DNA of 64,000 nt from Bdellovibrionales bacterium (GCA_965262715.1 OZ253553.1:2368001-2432000); one strand, 5' to 3'. Positions 21,037 through 31,338 are shown, counted from the first letter of the stretch. The notes: generated by a model from the sequence alone, not told the origin. A program made the numbers and translations.

Positions 21037-21936
21037 ATGAGTAAGATTAATTGGAGTCTTTATAATAAGTCTCTGGTCAATAGAGGTCAAATCACTTTTT
21101 GGTTTTCAGCAGATATCGTTAAATCTTGGTATGCAAAACGCTCTTTAAAGCAAGGGTGTCAACAAATTTACTCTGATAGAGCTATTGAAGTTCTCAATAC
21201 ATTAAGATTTGTATTTGGTTTAAAGTTGAGACCTACAGAAGGTTTTGCTAGATCACTAGTTGAATTAATGTGTCTTGATATAGAGATACCTAACTATACG
21301 ACTCTTTGTAGAGGATTACAGAAGCTACCTGTAAAACTACAAAAGAAGCTATCTTCTAAAAAAAGTCTTCATATAGTCATTGATTCAACAGGTCTTAAAG
21401 TTTACGGAGAGGGAGAGTGGAAAACTTGTCAACATGGTTATTCTAAGAGAAGGACATGGAAGAAGCTGCATTTAGCAGTAGATGAGTCTAATTCTGATGT
21501 TAAGTCAGTGGCATTGAGCGATAGTTCTTTTAAAGATAGTGAGTTATTTGAAGAGCTTATCACAGGTATTGATGATTCAATAAGTCAAGTATCTGCTGAT
21601 GGGGCTTATGATTCTAAGAATTGCTATATTATATCAGAAGCTAAAGGTATAAAGCTTGTTGTTCCACCCAGGAAGACAGCAGTTATTCAGAAGCATGGCA
21701 ATTGTAGAGGGTCACCTATTCCTAGAGATGTTTATATTAGAGAAATTAGAAAAAAACAGTGGAAAGAAAAAAATAACTATCATCGAAGATCCATATCAGA
21801 AACAGCTATGTATAGATTCAAAACTTTATTAGGGGATAAATTATCTTCTAGAGAGTTTAAACGTCAAGCAAATGAAGTATTTATTAAATCTAAAATCCTT
21901 AATCAAATGAAAACTCCTAACTCCATCATAACCTAA
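21037..21936 (+). CDS. IS5 (IS903 group) transposase
   Basis: NW..YNKSLVNRG, IDSTGLKVYGEGEW, RRTWKKLHLAVD, ADGAYD, YHRRSISETAMYRFK. Confidence 0.96.
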   Translation: MSKINWSLYNKSLVNRGQITFWFSADIVKSWYAKRSLKQGCQQIYSDRAIEVLNTLRFVFGLKLRPTEGFARSLVELMCLDIEIPNYTTLCRGLQKLPVKLQKKLSSKKSLHIVIDSTGLKVYGEGEWKTCQHGYSKRRTWKKLHLAVDESNSDVKSVALSDSSFKDSELFEELITGIDDSISQVSADGAYDSKNCYIISEAKGIKLVVPPRKTAVIQKHGNCRGSPIPRDVYIREIRKKQWKEKNNYHRRSISETAMYRFKTLLGDKLSSREFKRQANEVFIKSKILNQMKTPNSIIT

Positions 21937-22017
21937 ATAACTTAATTGCAAAAATATAAAAAATACTCAACAATATCTCTCTAGCTAAATCCTTCTGCAA
22001 CAAAGCCATTTGTAAGT

Positions 22018-22467
22018 TTATTTCACTCCAGTAGAGCCAAACCCTGCTTCTCCTCTTTTACTTGTGCCTAGATGAGAGACCCACTGAAAATCTGCTTGGA
22101 CTACAGGGCAGAGTACCAGTTGTGCAATACGATCTTGATGAGAAATCGTTACATTTTCACTACCGTGATTGATAATGATAATCTTTATCTCTCCTCGATA
22201 ATCAGCATCAATTGTTCCAGGGGAGTTGACTAATGCAATTCCTTTTTTGATAGCAAGCCCGCTTCTAGGACGTACTTGCAGCTCATAATTAGGAGCGACT
22301 TCAAAGCTTAACCCTGTTGGAATCAACAGCCTTTGACCTGGAGCAATTGTAATATGCTCATCTAATTGAGCACGTATATCAAACCCACTTGCTAAATCAC
22401 TTTCATATTTAAGTGGTGGACCAGAATAATGAGGTAAAGATTTTATTTTTAATAAAACTTTTTTCAT
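22018..22467 (-). CDS. dut: dUTP diphosphatase
   Basis: SGFD, PRSGLA, GTIDADYRGE, RIAQL, RGEAGFGSTG. Confidence 0.97.
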   Translation of the reverse strand: MKKVLLKIKSLPHYSGPPLKYESDLASGFDIRAQLDEHITIAPGQRLLIPTGLSFEVAPNYELQVRPRSGLAIKKGIALVNSPGTIDADYRGEIKIIIINHGSENVTISHQDRIAQLVLCPVVQADFQWVSHLGTSKRGEAGFGSTGVK

Positions 22468-22684
22468 AAAGTACTCCTAACCACTTTCAAGTATCTAAGA
22501 TCAAGGCTCGTGTCAAGAGGAGCTTGTATGTTATTGTCATAGTAGTCATTTTCAAAATATAGTTCCTAAATTTTTTAACAGTATATTGAACTGTTTGTAT
22601 AGCTTTTTTGCATAAAAAATATAAAAGAATAGTTGAGCGAACTATAAATAGAGCTTATTGTACATCAGAGGTAGGGATAGCTCA

Positions 22685-23956
22685 ATGGTAATAACAGAAA
22701 ATAATTTACAAGCTCATCGAAGAGGTTTTAAGTATCAAGATTATAGCTGGGACTTTAAAAAAGCTGACACAAAAGATTTAACACACTGCTTTCATAATTA
22801 CCCAGCGATGATGATTCCACAAATTCCAAGAAGAATGCTAGATAAATATGGACATTCAGTAAAAAATCTATTTGATCCTTACTGTGGTAGTGGCACTTCG
22901 CTTATAGAAGCAAATATGAAAAACATCAATGCAATAGGAACCGACTTAAATCCACTAGCAAGGCTTATTGCAAAAACAAAAACAACTTTTATTGATATTC
23001 GTATATTAGATTTTTATTTAAATGACTTTAGCAATTACTTTTTTCATAAAGCATCGTCAGTAACAATACCGCAATTTCATAATATCGACTTTTGGTTTAA
23101 TAAAGCAACACAAAGAAAACTTGCCTTAGTCAAAAAATACATAGAGGACATCCCTGATTCTAATGTTAAAAACTTTTTTCTAGTTGCATTTAGTGAAACT
23201 GTCAGGCAGTCATCTCTTACTAAAAAAGGTGAGTTTAAGTTGATACGTATTCCTGAAGAGCGGCGTGAACACTTTAATCCGGACAGTTTTAAAATCATGT
23301 TTTCCAAGCTATTAAGAAACAAATTAGGTCTTGTGAGTTATATGCAACAAAAGAAAAACACTTCTTTTTCAAAAATATATGATTTTAATAGTGTTAATTC
23401 TATACCAAAAGACATTATTCGAAATGAATCCATCGATATTATTGTAACTTCTCCTCCTTATGGTGATTCAAGGACAACTGTAGCTTACGGGCAATATTCA
23501 CGTCTTGCCAGTCAATGGATAGGTATCAAAGGAGCTTCAAGCGTTGATAAAAGCTTAATGGGAGGTGTAAAGTATGATTCTAATTTTAAATTTCGATCTG
23601 ACTGTTTACAAGCAACTTTAAAAAAGATAGGTCAAATAGATATGCAGAGAAAATCAGAGGTACAATCATTTTTTATTGATTATAAAAATTCTATAGATAA
23701 TGTTTCAAAAACTTTAAAGAAAAAAGGAATCGCTTGCTATGTTGTAGGAAACAGGACTGTAAAGGGTATCAATATTCTAACAGATTTAATCACAAAAAAC
23801 TTCTTTGAAAATAATGGTTTTAAACATTTAGAAACAATAATAAGAAATATACCCAATAAAAGGATGCCATCTCAAAATTCACCGTCTAATATACCTGGTC
23901 AGAAATCAACAACTATGAAAAGTGAATTTATTGTAATTTGTGAGAAAATAAAATGA
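22685..23956 (+). CDS. Amino DNA methyltransferase (probably m4C)
   Basis: Motif I FDPYCGSGT precedes motif IV TSPPY; H.YPAMMIPQI and TSPPYGDSRTTVAYGQYSRL blocks. Likely start ATG 22685. Confidence 0.88.
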   Translation: MVITENNLQAHRRGFKYQDYSWDFKKADTKDLTHCFHNYPAMMIPQIPRRMLDKYGHSVKNLFDPYCGSGTSLIEANMKNINAIGTDLNPLARLIAKTKTTFIDIRILDFYLNDFSNYFFHKASSVTIPQFHNIDFWFNKATQRKLALVKKYIEDIPDSNVKNFFLVAFSETVRQSSLTKKGEFKLIRIPEERREHFNPDSFKIMFSKLLRNKLGLVSYMQQKKNTSFSKIYDFNSVNSIPKDIIRNESIDIIVTSPPYGDSRTTVAYGQYSRLASQWIGIKGASSVDKSLMGGVKYDSNFKFRSDCLQATLKKIGQIDMQRKSEVQSFFIDYKNSIDNVSKTLKKKGIACYVVGNRTVKGINILTDLITKNFFENNGFKHLETIIRNIPNKRMPSQNSPSNIPGQKSTTMKSEFIVICEKIK

Positions 23957-23966
23957 CTTTAAAAGA

Positions 23967-24930
23967 GGCTTTGTTGCAGAAAGATTTAGTTAATTGTGTT
24001 TAATTTATGTGAGATGTATATTTCCATTGTTGGATTTGAGAGATAATTAGTAATTTGTCAAAGTTATAGTTTTTTACCTAAGCCCTATTTTTTATTAGTC
24101 TAATATATCTATTATTTTGATTTTTTAGTTTTAGTGATTATAAAATTTACCCATCCCTAAGTTCCCCAATTTCCAGATAAAGGAGTCAGAGATGAGTAAG
24201 ATTAATTGGAGTCTTTATAATAAGTCTCTGGTCAATAGAGGTCAAATCACTTTTTGGTTTTCAGCAGATATCGTTAAATCTTGGTATGCAAAACGCTCTT
24301 TAAAGCAAGGGTGTCAACAAATTTACTCTGATAGAGCTATTGAAGTTCTCAATACATTAAGATTTGTATTTGGTTTAAAGTTGAGACCTACAGAAGGTTT
24401 TGCTAGATCACTAGTTGAATTAATGTGTCTTGATATAGAGATACCTAACTATACGACTCTTTGTAGAGGATTACAGAAGCTACCTGTAAAACTACAAAAG
24501 AAGCTATCTTCTAAAAAAAGTCTTCATATAGTCATTGATTCAACAGGTCTTAAAGTTTACGGAGAGGGAGAGTGGAAAACTTGTCAACATGGTTATTCTA
24601 AGAGAAGGACATGGAAGAAGCTGCATTTAGCAGTAGATGAGTCTAATTCTGATGTTAAGTCAGTGGCATTGAGCGATAGTTCTTTTAAAGATAGTGAGTT
24701 ATTTGAAGAGCTTATCACAGGTATTGATGATTCAATAAGTCAAGTATCTGCTGATGGGGCTTATGATTCTAAGAATTGCTATATTATATCAGAAGCTAAA
24801 GGTATAAAGCTTGTTGTTCCACCCAGGAAGACAGCAGTTATTCAGAAGCATGGCAATTGTAGAGGGTCACCTATTCCTAGAGATGTTTATATTAGAGAAA
24901 TTAGAAAAAAACAGTGGAAAGAAAAAAATA
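23967..24930 (+). mobile_element. IS5 (IS903 group) element, copy 2, truncated by IS256
   Basis: Left IR at 23967; appears identical to copy 1 from 24101 to 24930, then breaks at the IS256 IR. Confidence 0.92.
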
Positions 24931-24953
24931 GAGCATGTCCCACGTTTCGGTGA
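24192..24953 (+). pseudogene. Truncated IS5 transposase
   Basis: Same protein as 21037-21936 up to WKEKN; lacks the YHRRS..E catalytic C-terminus. Confidence 0.92.
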
Positions 24954-26336
24954 AGTTAAGATTAAGCAGAGCTTAATGTTTGTTTACGGCTGTTTTTATT
25001 GTTAGTCAATAGTTTTAAATTTTCTTCCATTGTATTTAAATCTTTATATCCTTTAATAGCTCTAAACTTTTTTTCAGCTTCAAGTAAAGAAACAGCAGCC
25101 CATCTCATGACTTGATCTGGAGAATTTCTCCAGTTCTTAACCCTGCTCACTTTATCTCTTACAATAGAAAAGGCAGACTCAATTGGATTTGTAGAAGATA
25201 GAGTTCTTCTTAACAGTGGAGATACTTTCAATTTAATAGTTGTCAGTGTCTCCATCTCTGCTTCCTTAAGTGAAGTCAATGCTGCATGATTTATCCTACT
25301 TAACCAACTCAGTAAGTTATTGTATTCCCTCTCTGAACAACTATAATCATTAAAGCCATGCAGCATCTTCCAGCGACGCTTAAATTCTAAATGACGTTCT
25401 TGAGGCAGATAACTTAAAACATTCCTCTCCTTGTGATGAATACAGCGTTGAATGGAAGCTCTCTTACCAAAAACTCTATCAATAGCGTTGCTTAAAGATT
25501 TGCTTCCATCAATGACAAAAAGGTAAGGCTTAGCTTCACAAAGACCTCTTGCTATCAAACTCTCTAATAAGTCCTTACAAACTTCCCAATTCTCTGTATG
25601 ACCTTCTCTAAGACCAAGAACTAACTTCTTACCTTCAACTGTGATCCCAAGAGCTACAACTACTGTCCTTGAACCAAAAACGACTCCATCAATCATAATT
25701 GCTGAAAACTTATTCTTACTGAGATCACGACCATTTAAAGATTCAAGAGACTTCCTAGATGACTTATTAAAGGCTCTACTTACTGTACTCTTAGAAAGAC
25801 CGCTACCGCCTACAATATCATCGAGAAGTTCACTGTAATTACGAGAAGATACTCCTCTCATAGCATAGTTCAGAACTCTATCACAAATGATGTCATAGCT
25901 TTGAAGTGCTGAATAAGACTTCAGTTTAATATCAGAACCCCCCATCTCCTTCACCCTAGGCTTTCTCACCTGAAGCCTTTGACCTTGTGCAAGAACACTC
26001 CCGCGATCACTATCAGCTCTGTAGTATCTCTTATTAACACCACGAACATGACGCTTACTACACAAAGCTAACAGCTCCTCTTCAAACAGTGCATAGATCA
26101 TATCAATAATTGCAAATCTTATGCGACCTTCTATAACTTCTCGAATCTGATTTAATTTAGAGAATAAAACTTGAATTGAATAACGATTCTTGGTACTTTT
26201 CATAATAGCTCCTTTCTGTTATCTATTTCCTGACAAAATAAAAACAGTAAACAACGGCTAGACCACTTAGGCTAGCCGGGAGCTCTACTTCTTCTAATCT
26301 CTATAAGAAAATTTCACCGATCTATGGGACAACATC
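24931..26336 (-). mobile_element. IS256-family insertion sequence
   Basis: IRs GAGCATGTCCCACGTTTCGGTGAAGTT / GATGTTGTCCCATAGATCGGTGAAATT; no target duplication. Confidence 0.9.
24962..26203 (-). CDS. IS256 (Mutator-like) transposase
   Basis: GVSSR.Y, IMIDG, VIDGSK, QRCIHHK.RN, STNPIES motifs. Confidence 0.94.
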   Translation of the reverse strand: MKSTKNRYSIQVLFSKLNQIREVIEGRIRFAIIDMIYALFEEELLALCSKRHVRGVNKRYYRADSDRGSVLAQGQRLQVRKPRVKEMGGSDIKLKSYSALQSYDIICDRVLNYAMRGVSSRNYSELLDDIVGGSGLSKSTVSRAFNKSSRKSLESLNGRDLSKNKFSAIMIDGVVFGSRTVVVALGITVEGKKLVLGLREGHTENWEVCKDLLESLIARGLCEAKPYLFVIDGSKSLSNAIDRVFGKRASIQRCIHHKERNVLSYLPQERHLEFKRRWKMLHGFNDYSCSEREYNNLLSWLSRINHAALTSLKEAEMETLTTIKLKVSPLLRRTLSSTNPIESAFSIVRDKVSRVKNWRNSPDQVMRWAAVSLLEAEKKFRAIKGYKDLNTMEENLKLLTNNKNSRKQTLSSA

Positions 26337-26861
26337 CACACTATAAACAACAGGTCTATTACCATTAAGTCTATTGGGTGTAGTAAATTGAACCATTATA
26401 CTCCTCTTACTCTTATTTATAGCTAGAACTCTACTGCTAACGGGTCCTACAAAACTGATATGAATATCACCATAGAGTGAAGACAAATTAATATTAATAG
26501 AAGCATGTTCAGAAACACATACATGCCTTCCAGTTATGGTAAATAAGCACCCTTCAGGGATATATAAATCATCACTATCGTAAATTTGGATATCATCAAT
26601 TTGTGTATCATCGTTATCAATATTAAAATCAACAGTAACCGTAGTGATGGTCTCTTCCTCTACTTCCTCATCATTCAAGCCAATAACCTCACCAACTCGA
26701 CCGAAAGTAAAAGGTAAAAGTGATGGGCTATCATCAATAGCGTAAACTTGATTTCCAATATCAAATGGACTATCTTCTTGAGATTCTTGAGACATAGCTT
26801 CAGCAGCCACTGCAAATATAAAAGCAAAACTAAATAATATCATTTTTTTCAACACATTCAA
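26322..26861 (-). CDS. Secreted hypothetical protein, 3' end replaced by IS256 IR
   Basis: GGAGG RBS, signal peptide; last codons DVVP* lie inside the IS256 IR. Confidence 0.7.
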   Translation of the reverse strand: MNVLKKMILFSFAFIFAVAAEAMSQESQEDSPFDIGNQVYAIDDSPSLLPFTFGRVGEVIGLNDEEVEEETITTVTVDFNIDNDDTQIDDIQIYDSDDLYIPEGCLFTITGRHVCVSEHASININLSSLYGDIHISFVGPVSSRVLAINKSKRSIMVQFTTPNRLNGNRPVVYSVDVVP

Positions 26862-27308
26862 AGACCTCCTAAAACAAAATAAATATATATTGCTTATACT
26901 ATAAATTAAAAGCTAGGTCAACGTAAAATCTATTAAACCATGTTAAAATCAGCAGTTTTAAAACTAAGTTATACATAAGGAAAATAATACTTATCTAATT
27001 TGAAAATAATAACAAAGATTTGTATGTACTAGTAGTTTTTATACTGTAAATTTTACATGCTCTTGAAATCAATATTTGTGAGGAAAAGGCCATCCTTAAT
27101 TACTAAGACATCTAACACTGTAAAAGAAACCTACAGATCTCAGCAAAATTGGTCCCTCTATAAGGGTTTCACTTTTGTAAATAATTAAATAGGTGTATTT
27201 TTCAATTAAACAGCTTTTAAAAGCAAAAATAACTTATTTTTTGGCCTCAATCTTGAATTAACTATTATTAAGAACTAACAACTCAACCCCATAACTTAAA
27301 GGAACTTT

Positions 27309-27848
27309 ATGAACGACCACAAAATACAATCTGTTTTATATATAGGATTATTACTTTCCAGCTTTACTCTTACTATAGGATGTCAACAAGCATCAGATGA
27401 GTTAACATCCACTCCAAGCTGGACAATTCAGTTTCCAGACCCTAATGACAATGGAGGAGATCCTATAGAGGTTGTTGTGGAAGACTTTATAGGTTCAAGT
27501 ATAGCGGGAATAGGACCAATTCACAAAATGGAAATGAGCTTTCAAGGTCAATCTCTTCTATTCAATATATGGGATGATCATGCAATCAATACCAATCAGC
27601 CTATTGAAGCAAGATTGCAGTTAAACTTTCAACAAGGTTTTACTTTTGTGACAGTAGAAAGACAGGTTACCTATAGTGATGAGGCAGGAAATATCTACCT
27701 GATTCAAGGACCTGAAGTTAATCCTGGTTATTATAGATTTAGAGTAGAGTTTGAAAATTTTGAGACAAATATAAATGGCCACGGAAATTTAGGTTTATTA
27801 GGATATGTAGACTTACCTCTTTGTGAAGTTGATAGAACTTGCTCTTAG
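27309..27848 (+). CDS. Hypothetical lipoprotein
   Basis: AAGGA RBS; lipobox TIGC. Confidence 0.7.
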   Translation: MNDHKIQSVLYIGLLLSSFTLTIGCQQASDELTSTPSWTIQFPDPNDNGGDPIEVVVEDFIGSSIAGIGPIHKMEMSFQGQSLLFNIWDDHAINTNQPIEARLQLNFQQGFTFVTVERQVTYSDEAGNIYLIQGPEVNPGYYRFRVEFENFETNINGHGNLGLLGYVDLPLCEVDRTCS

Positions 27849-27887
27849 GTAAATAACTAACTACTTTTTGATTATGAAGCAAGAAAT

Positions 27888-28814
27888 TCAAAATTGAAGA
27901 CCTCCTCGAATCATAAACCCCCAAAGCCTTCCTGTTTCAAATGCTCCAATTGTTCCTGTATTATTTAATCTAATACCTTCTAATATAAAGTTCTGTGTTT
28001 TAAAAAGACTTTCAACAAAAAACTTTTGATAAACAAAGCCTATGCCCGCTTGTCCACCTATATGGCCTTTAATCTCAAAAGGAATCTGACCTCCTCTGAT
28101 ATTCCTTGGATTTGGAAGCACTTTAAAACCAACAGGAATAAAGAAGTTAGGTCCTGCAAAAAGATAAATCGCAGGCAATACTTTATAAAAAGTAGAAAGC
28201 TCTAAGCTAATAATAGAGTATGAAAATTGATCCTCTAACGAACAAAGGAAATAATCTTGATCTTTCGAGCTAATAGGACAAACCCCTCTTTCATTAGGTG
28301 ACCTAGAGTCATTAAACTGTTTGTATTTATACTGCTCAACTTTACTTTCTATTTCATAACTAGCAGAAAATATCGCGCCTATTTCCTTTGTGATTAAGAA
28401 GAAAAAACTACCTCCAAAAGATAAAGAACCTAATAAGCTAGTATGAGGAAATATATACTCTGAGGACTCCGCATCAAAAGCAGGTCGATTGAACTGACTA
28501 TAACGGCTTTTAATATTCCATGCAAAGTTCAAGCCACCAAAAACCCTAAACCCAAAACGTCGAGAAGGCCTTGTAGAACGCGGAAAAACTGCATATTCCC
28601 CCGGTTCTTCAAAACCATCCTGATCTGAATTATCTCGAGACTGTGCTAAAATACCAGGCTGTACTAGTTTAGACTGCACCAGTTTAGACTGTACCAATTT
28701 GGACGGCTTTGATGAAAATACTGGAACTTCATTTTTTTGGAAACTTGTAGATCCATTCACATTTGTTAAACAAATAAGATAAAATATAAAATAAACAACT
28801 ATGACCCTATTCAT
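27888..28814 (-). CDS. Outer-membrane beta-barrel protein
   Basis: Signal peptide, alternating beta strands, C-terminal ...GGLQF; SKLVQ x3 repeat. Confidence 0.65.
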   Translation of the reverse strand: MNRVIVVYFIFYLICLTNVNGSTSFQKNEVPVFSSKPSKLVQSKLVQSKLVQPGILAQSRDNSDQDGFEEPGEYAVFPRSTRPSRRFGFRVFGGLNFAWNIKSRYSQFNRPAFDAESSEYIFPHTSLLGSLSFGGSFFFLITKEIGAIFSASYEIESKVEQYKYKQFNDSRSPNERGVCPISSKDQDYFLCSLEDQFSYSIISLELSTFYKVLPAIYLFAGPNFFIPVGFKVLPNPRNIRGGQIPFEIKGHIGGQAGIGFVYQKFFVESLFKTQNFILEGIRLNNTGTIGAFETGRLWGFMIRGGLQF

Positions 28815-29133
28815 TACCTCTATGATACCACTTTAAAGTATAAATCTCACTTTGAAACCCTACTTTTACAAACTTTAGTAAGGCTGACTATTTCAAAGAC
28901 TTGTTCATTTTTAGAAAAAAGATACTCTTCGCCTTTTTACATCTTACATCATGTTAAGGAAAATCCTTTGTTTTAATAAAATTCAGGCAGTCGGGCAATC
29001 AAGGCAATCTGGAATCAGTTCCCGGAAACTGATTTCTAGTTTGCCAGCTTCCCAAAAGTCACTAGTGGTAATTCATCATAACTTTTATATATACTCTTTA
29101 AAATCAATATTTGTGCGACAAAGCCGTTTCTAA

Positions 29134-30558
29134 CTAATAACGATAATTATCTGACTTAAAAGGCCCTTCTTGAGATATACCTAAATAATTGGCTTGTTTA
29201 TCTGTTAATTTAGTAAGATGTACCCCTAGTTTTTTAAGATGCAAAGATGCAATTTTTTCATCCATAACCTTAGGCAATGTATAAATATCTACTTTTTCAT
29301 ACTTTTGTTTATTCTGATAAAGCTCAATTTGTGCCATAACTTGATTGCAAAAAGAATGACTCATAACAAAAGAGGGATGCCCTGTCGCACAACCTAAATT
29401 AACAAGCCGGCCTTCGGCTAGTACAATGATTTTTTTGCCATTTTTGAGAGTGTGGTGATCCACTTGGTCTTTGATAGGATCACGAGTGGAATTGCCATTC
29501 AGCCACTTCATATCGATTTCAATATCAAAATGCCCAATATTACAAACAATAGCATTATTTTTCATTTTTTCAAAATGTTGAGCCATGATAATATCACAAC
29601 AGCCTGTTGCCGTTACAAAGATATCTACTTTATCAGCTACTTCATCCATAGTGACCACTTCAAAACCTTCCATACTTGCTTGTAGAGCACAAATAGGATC
29701 ACATTCTGTAATCAATACTCTTGCACCTAAGGAATTCATACTCTGAGCGCAACCCTTACCAACAGCTCCATATCCAGCAACTAAGACCACTTTACCCGCT
29801 ATCATTACATCCGTAGCTCTTTTGATACCATCTGCTAGAGATTCCCTGCATCCATAAAGATTATCAAACTTAGATTTAGTCACAGATATGTTCACATCAA
29901 TAATAGGTAGCTTAAATAAACCTTTTTGAATTTGTTTAGAAGCCTGATGAACACCCGTAGTTGTTTCTTCTGTGATACCAATGATCTGAGAAATTAAACT
30001 CTGATATCGATCCTGGTGCATTAATGATGTCAAGTCTCCACCATCATCTAATATAAGATCAAACCCTTCTGGGCCCCAGCCTTCAACTGTTTGCTCTATA
30101 CACCAATTGTATTCTTCTTCTGTTTCTCCCTTCCATGCAAAGACGGGTATACCCTTTTTGGCTAAAGCCACTGCCGCATGGTCTTGAGTAGAAAATATAT
30201 TGCAAGAAGACCACCTCACCTTAGCCCCTAAAGCGATTAAAGTTTCAATCAACACAGCAGTTTGTATTGTAAGATGAAGACAGCCTGTGATCTTCGCATC
30301 TTTAAGTGGCTTTTCTTCTCCTAACTCTTTTCTCAGAGCCATAAGACCCGGCATTTCTGTTTCAGCAATAGCAATTTCTTTTCTGCCCCACAAAGCAAGT
30401 TCTTCAAATTTTTTAAGGTCTTGCATAGCCTCACGACATACACGGAAATCTAAATGTCCCTTTGAATCTCTGCCTAACTGCTTAGCAAGCTTAGTTAAAT
30501 GAGACGATGATACACTTTGATCAAACAAAACTTCTTCCTCCTCTTTCTCAAAATACAT
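29134..30558 (-). CDS. ahcY: Adenosylhomocysteinase
   Basis: [40 protein letters not shown]. Confidence 0.97.
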   Translation of the reverse strand: MYFEKEEEEVLFDQSVSSSHLTKLAKQLGRDSKGHLDFRVCREAMQDLKKFEELALWGRKEIAIAETEMPGLMALRKELGEEKPLKDAKITGCLHLTIQTAVLIETLIALGAKVRWSSCNIFSTQDHAAVALAKKGIPVFAWKGETEEEYNWCIEQTVEGWGPEGFDLILDDGGDLTSLMHQDRYQSLISQIIGITEETTTGVHQASKQIQKGLFKLPIIDVNISVTKSKFDNLYGCRESLADGIKRATDVMIAGKVVLVAGYGAVGKGCAQSMNSLGARVLITECDPICALQASMEGFEVVTMDEVADKVDIFVTATGCCDIIMAQHFEKMKNNAIVCNIGHFDIEIDMKWLNGNSTRDPIKDQVDHHTLKNGKKIIVLAEGRLVNLGCATGHPSFVMSHSFCNQVMAQIELYQNKQKYEKVDIYTLPKVMDEKIASLHLKKLGVHLTKLTDKQANYLGISQEGPFKSDNYRY

Positions 30559-30700
30559 CTCAATGATGATTTTCCATAAACACCTTTATATGATAATATC
30601 ATAAATATGCAACAACAATCTACACTTAACATTGATGGTAAGATACAAAATACAGGCCCAGCACCTGATAAGTCATTGGAGTTTTATTTAAGGTATCCTT

Positions 30701-31018
30701 ATGTCTAAATCCAAGCTAACAAACAAGACAGAAAAAATAATTAAAATAGAATTAGGAAAGATCTATCATTTGCTTTCTGGAAGAAGTCGCGCAAAAGAAG
30801 CTATTGAAAATGCAAATCTATCACCTGATTGTCAGCTTTGTGTGAGTTTTGCTGGTGTAGAGTCTGTTGCTCAATCCTTTGTCTCTGAACTTCTCATTTC
30901 AATACATAGATGCAATGTAGACTTACTTTCAGTAGAATTTGTAGATTTTGATAGCGACCATGTTCGGCAAAGGTTAGATACTGAACTTGAACGAATGAAA
31001 AAAATCTTAAATCTATAA
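30701..31018 (+). CDS. STAS-like (DUF4325-type) protein
   Basis: L.GRS.AK ... F.GVESV.QSF..EL pattern. Confidence 0.55.
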   Translation: MSKSKLTNKTEKIIKIELGKIYHLLSGRSRAKEAIENANLSPDCQLCVSFAGVESVAQSFVSELLISIHRCNVDLLSVEFVDFDSDHVRQRLDTELERMKKILNL

Positions 31019-31239
31019 GGCTTTCTTGCACAAAGATTTTAGAATGAGATTTGTGACAGACTTGGAATAAGCGTAAGGCCAGTGCCTTAGGGGATAGGTT
31101 TTGTATAAAATATTTTATTCTATAATAAAATCGTAAAACCAAAATAGTACATAGCACGGGGGTTGCCTGCTGCTTATGGAAGAGGCCTGTCACAAATCTC
31201 TTGCACACAAACTAAAGTTGATGTTTGTGCAACAAAGCC
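31019..31239. mobile_element. Family A palindromic MITE with IS903-type ends
   Basis: Ends GGCTTTCTTGCACAAA / TTTGTGCAACAAAGCC, inner 14-bp IR, ATAA on both flanks. Confidence 0.8.
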
Positions 31240-31243
31240 ATAA

Positions 31244-31338
31244 GTTCTTAAAATAACAGAAATGCAAGGCGCGGGGGTCGCCTGTTGCTAGTGAGGAAAC
31301 CTACTGTAAGCTCTATGAAACTTTTATGCAACAATGCC
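31244..31338. repeat. Partial family A element (right half)
   Basis: aaggcgcgggggtcgcct core and end ttatgcaacaatgcc abutting the coaE stop codon. Confidence 0.75.

Larger units (their letters stand above)
20713..22007 (+). mobile_element. IS5-family (IS903 group) element, copy 1
   Basis: IRs GGCTTTGTTGCAGAA(A/G)GATTTA at both ends; no target duplication seen. Confidence 0.9.

Noticed and set aside
22671..22690. tRNA-like 5' fragment gtagggatagctcaatggta
   Set aside because: No anticodon arm, T-arm or acceptor partner; it overlaps the MTase RBS and start, so probably chance.
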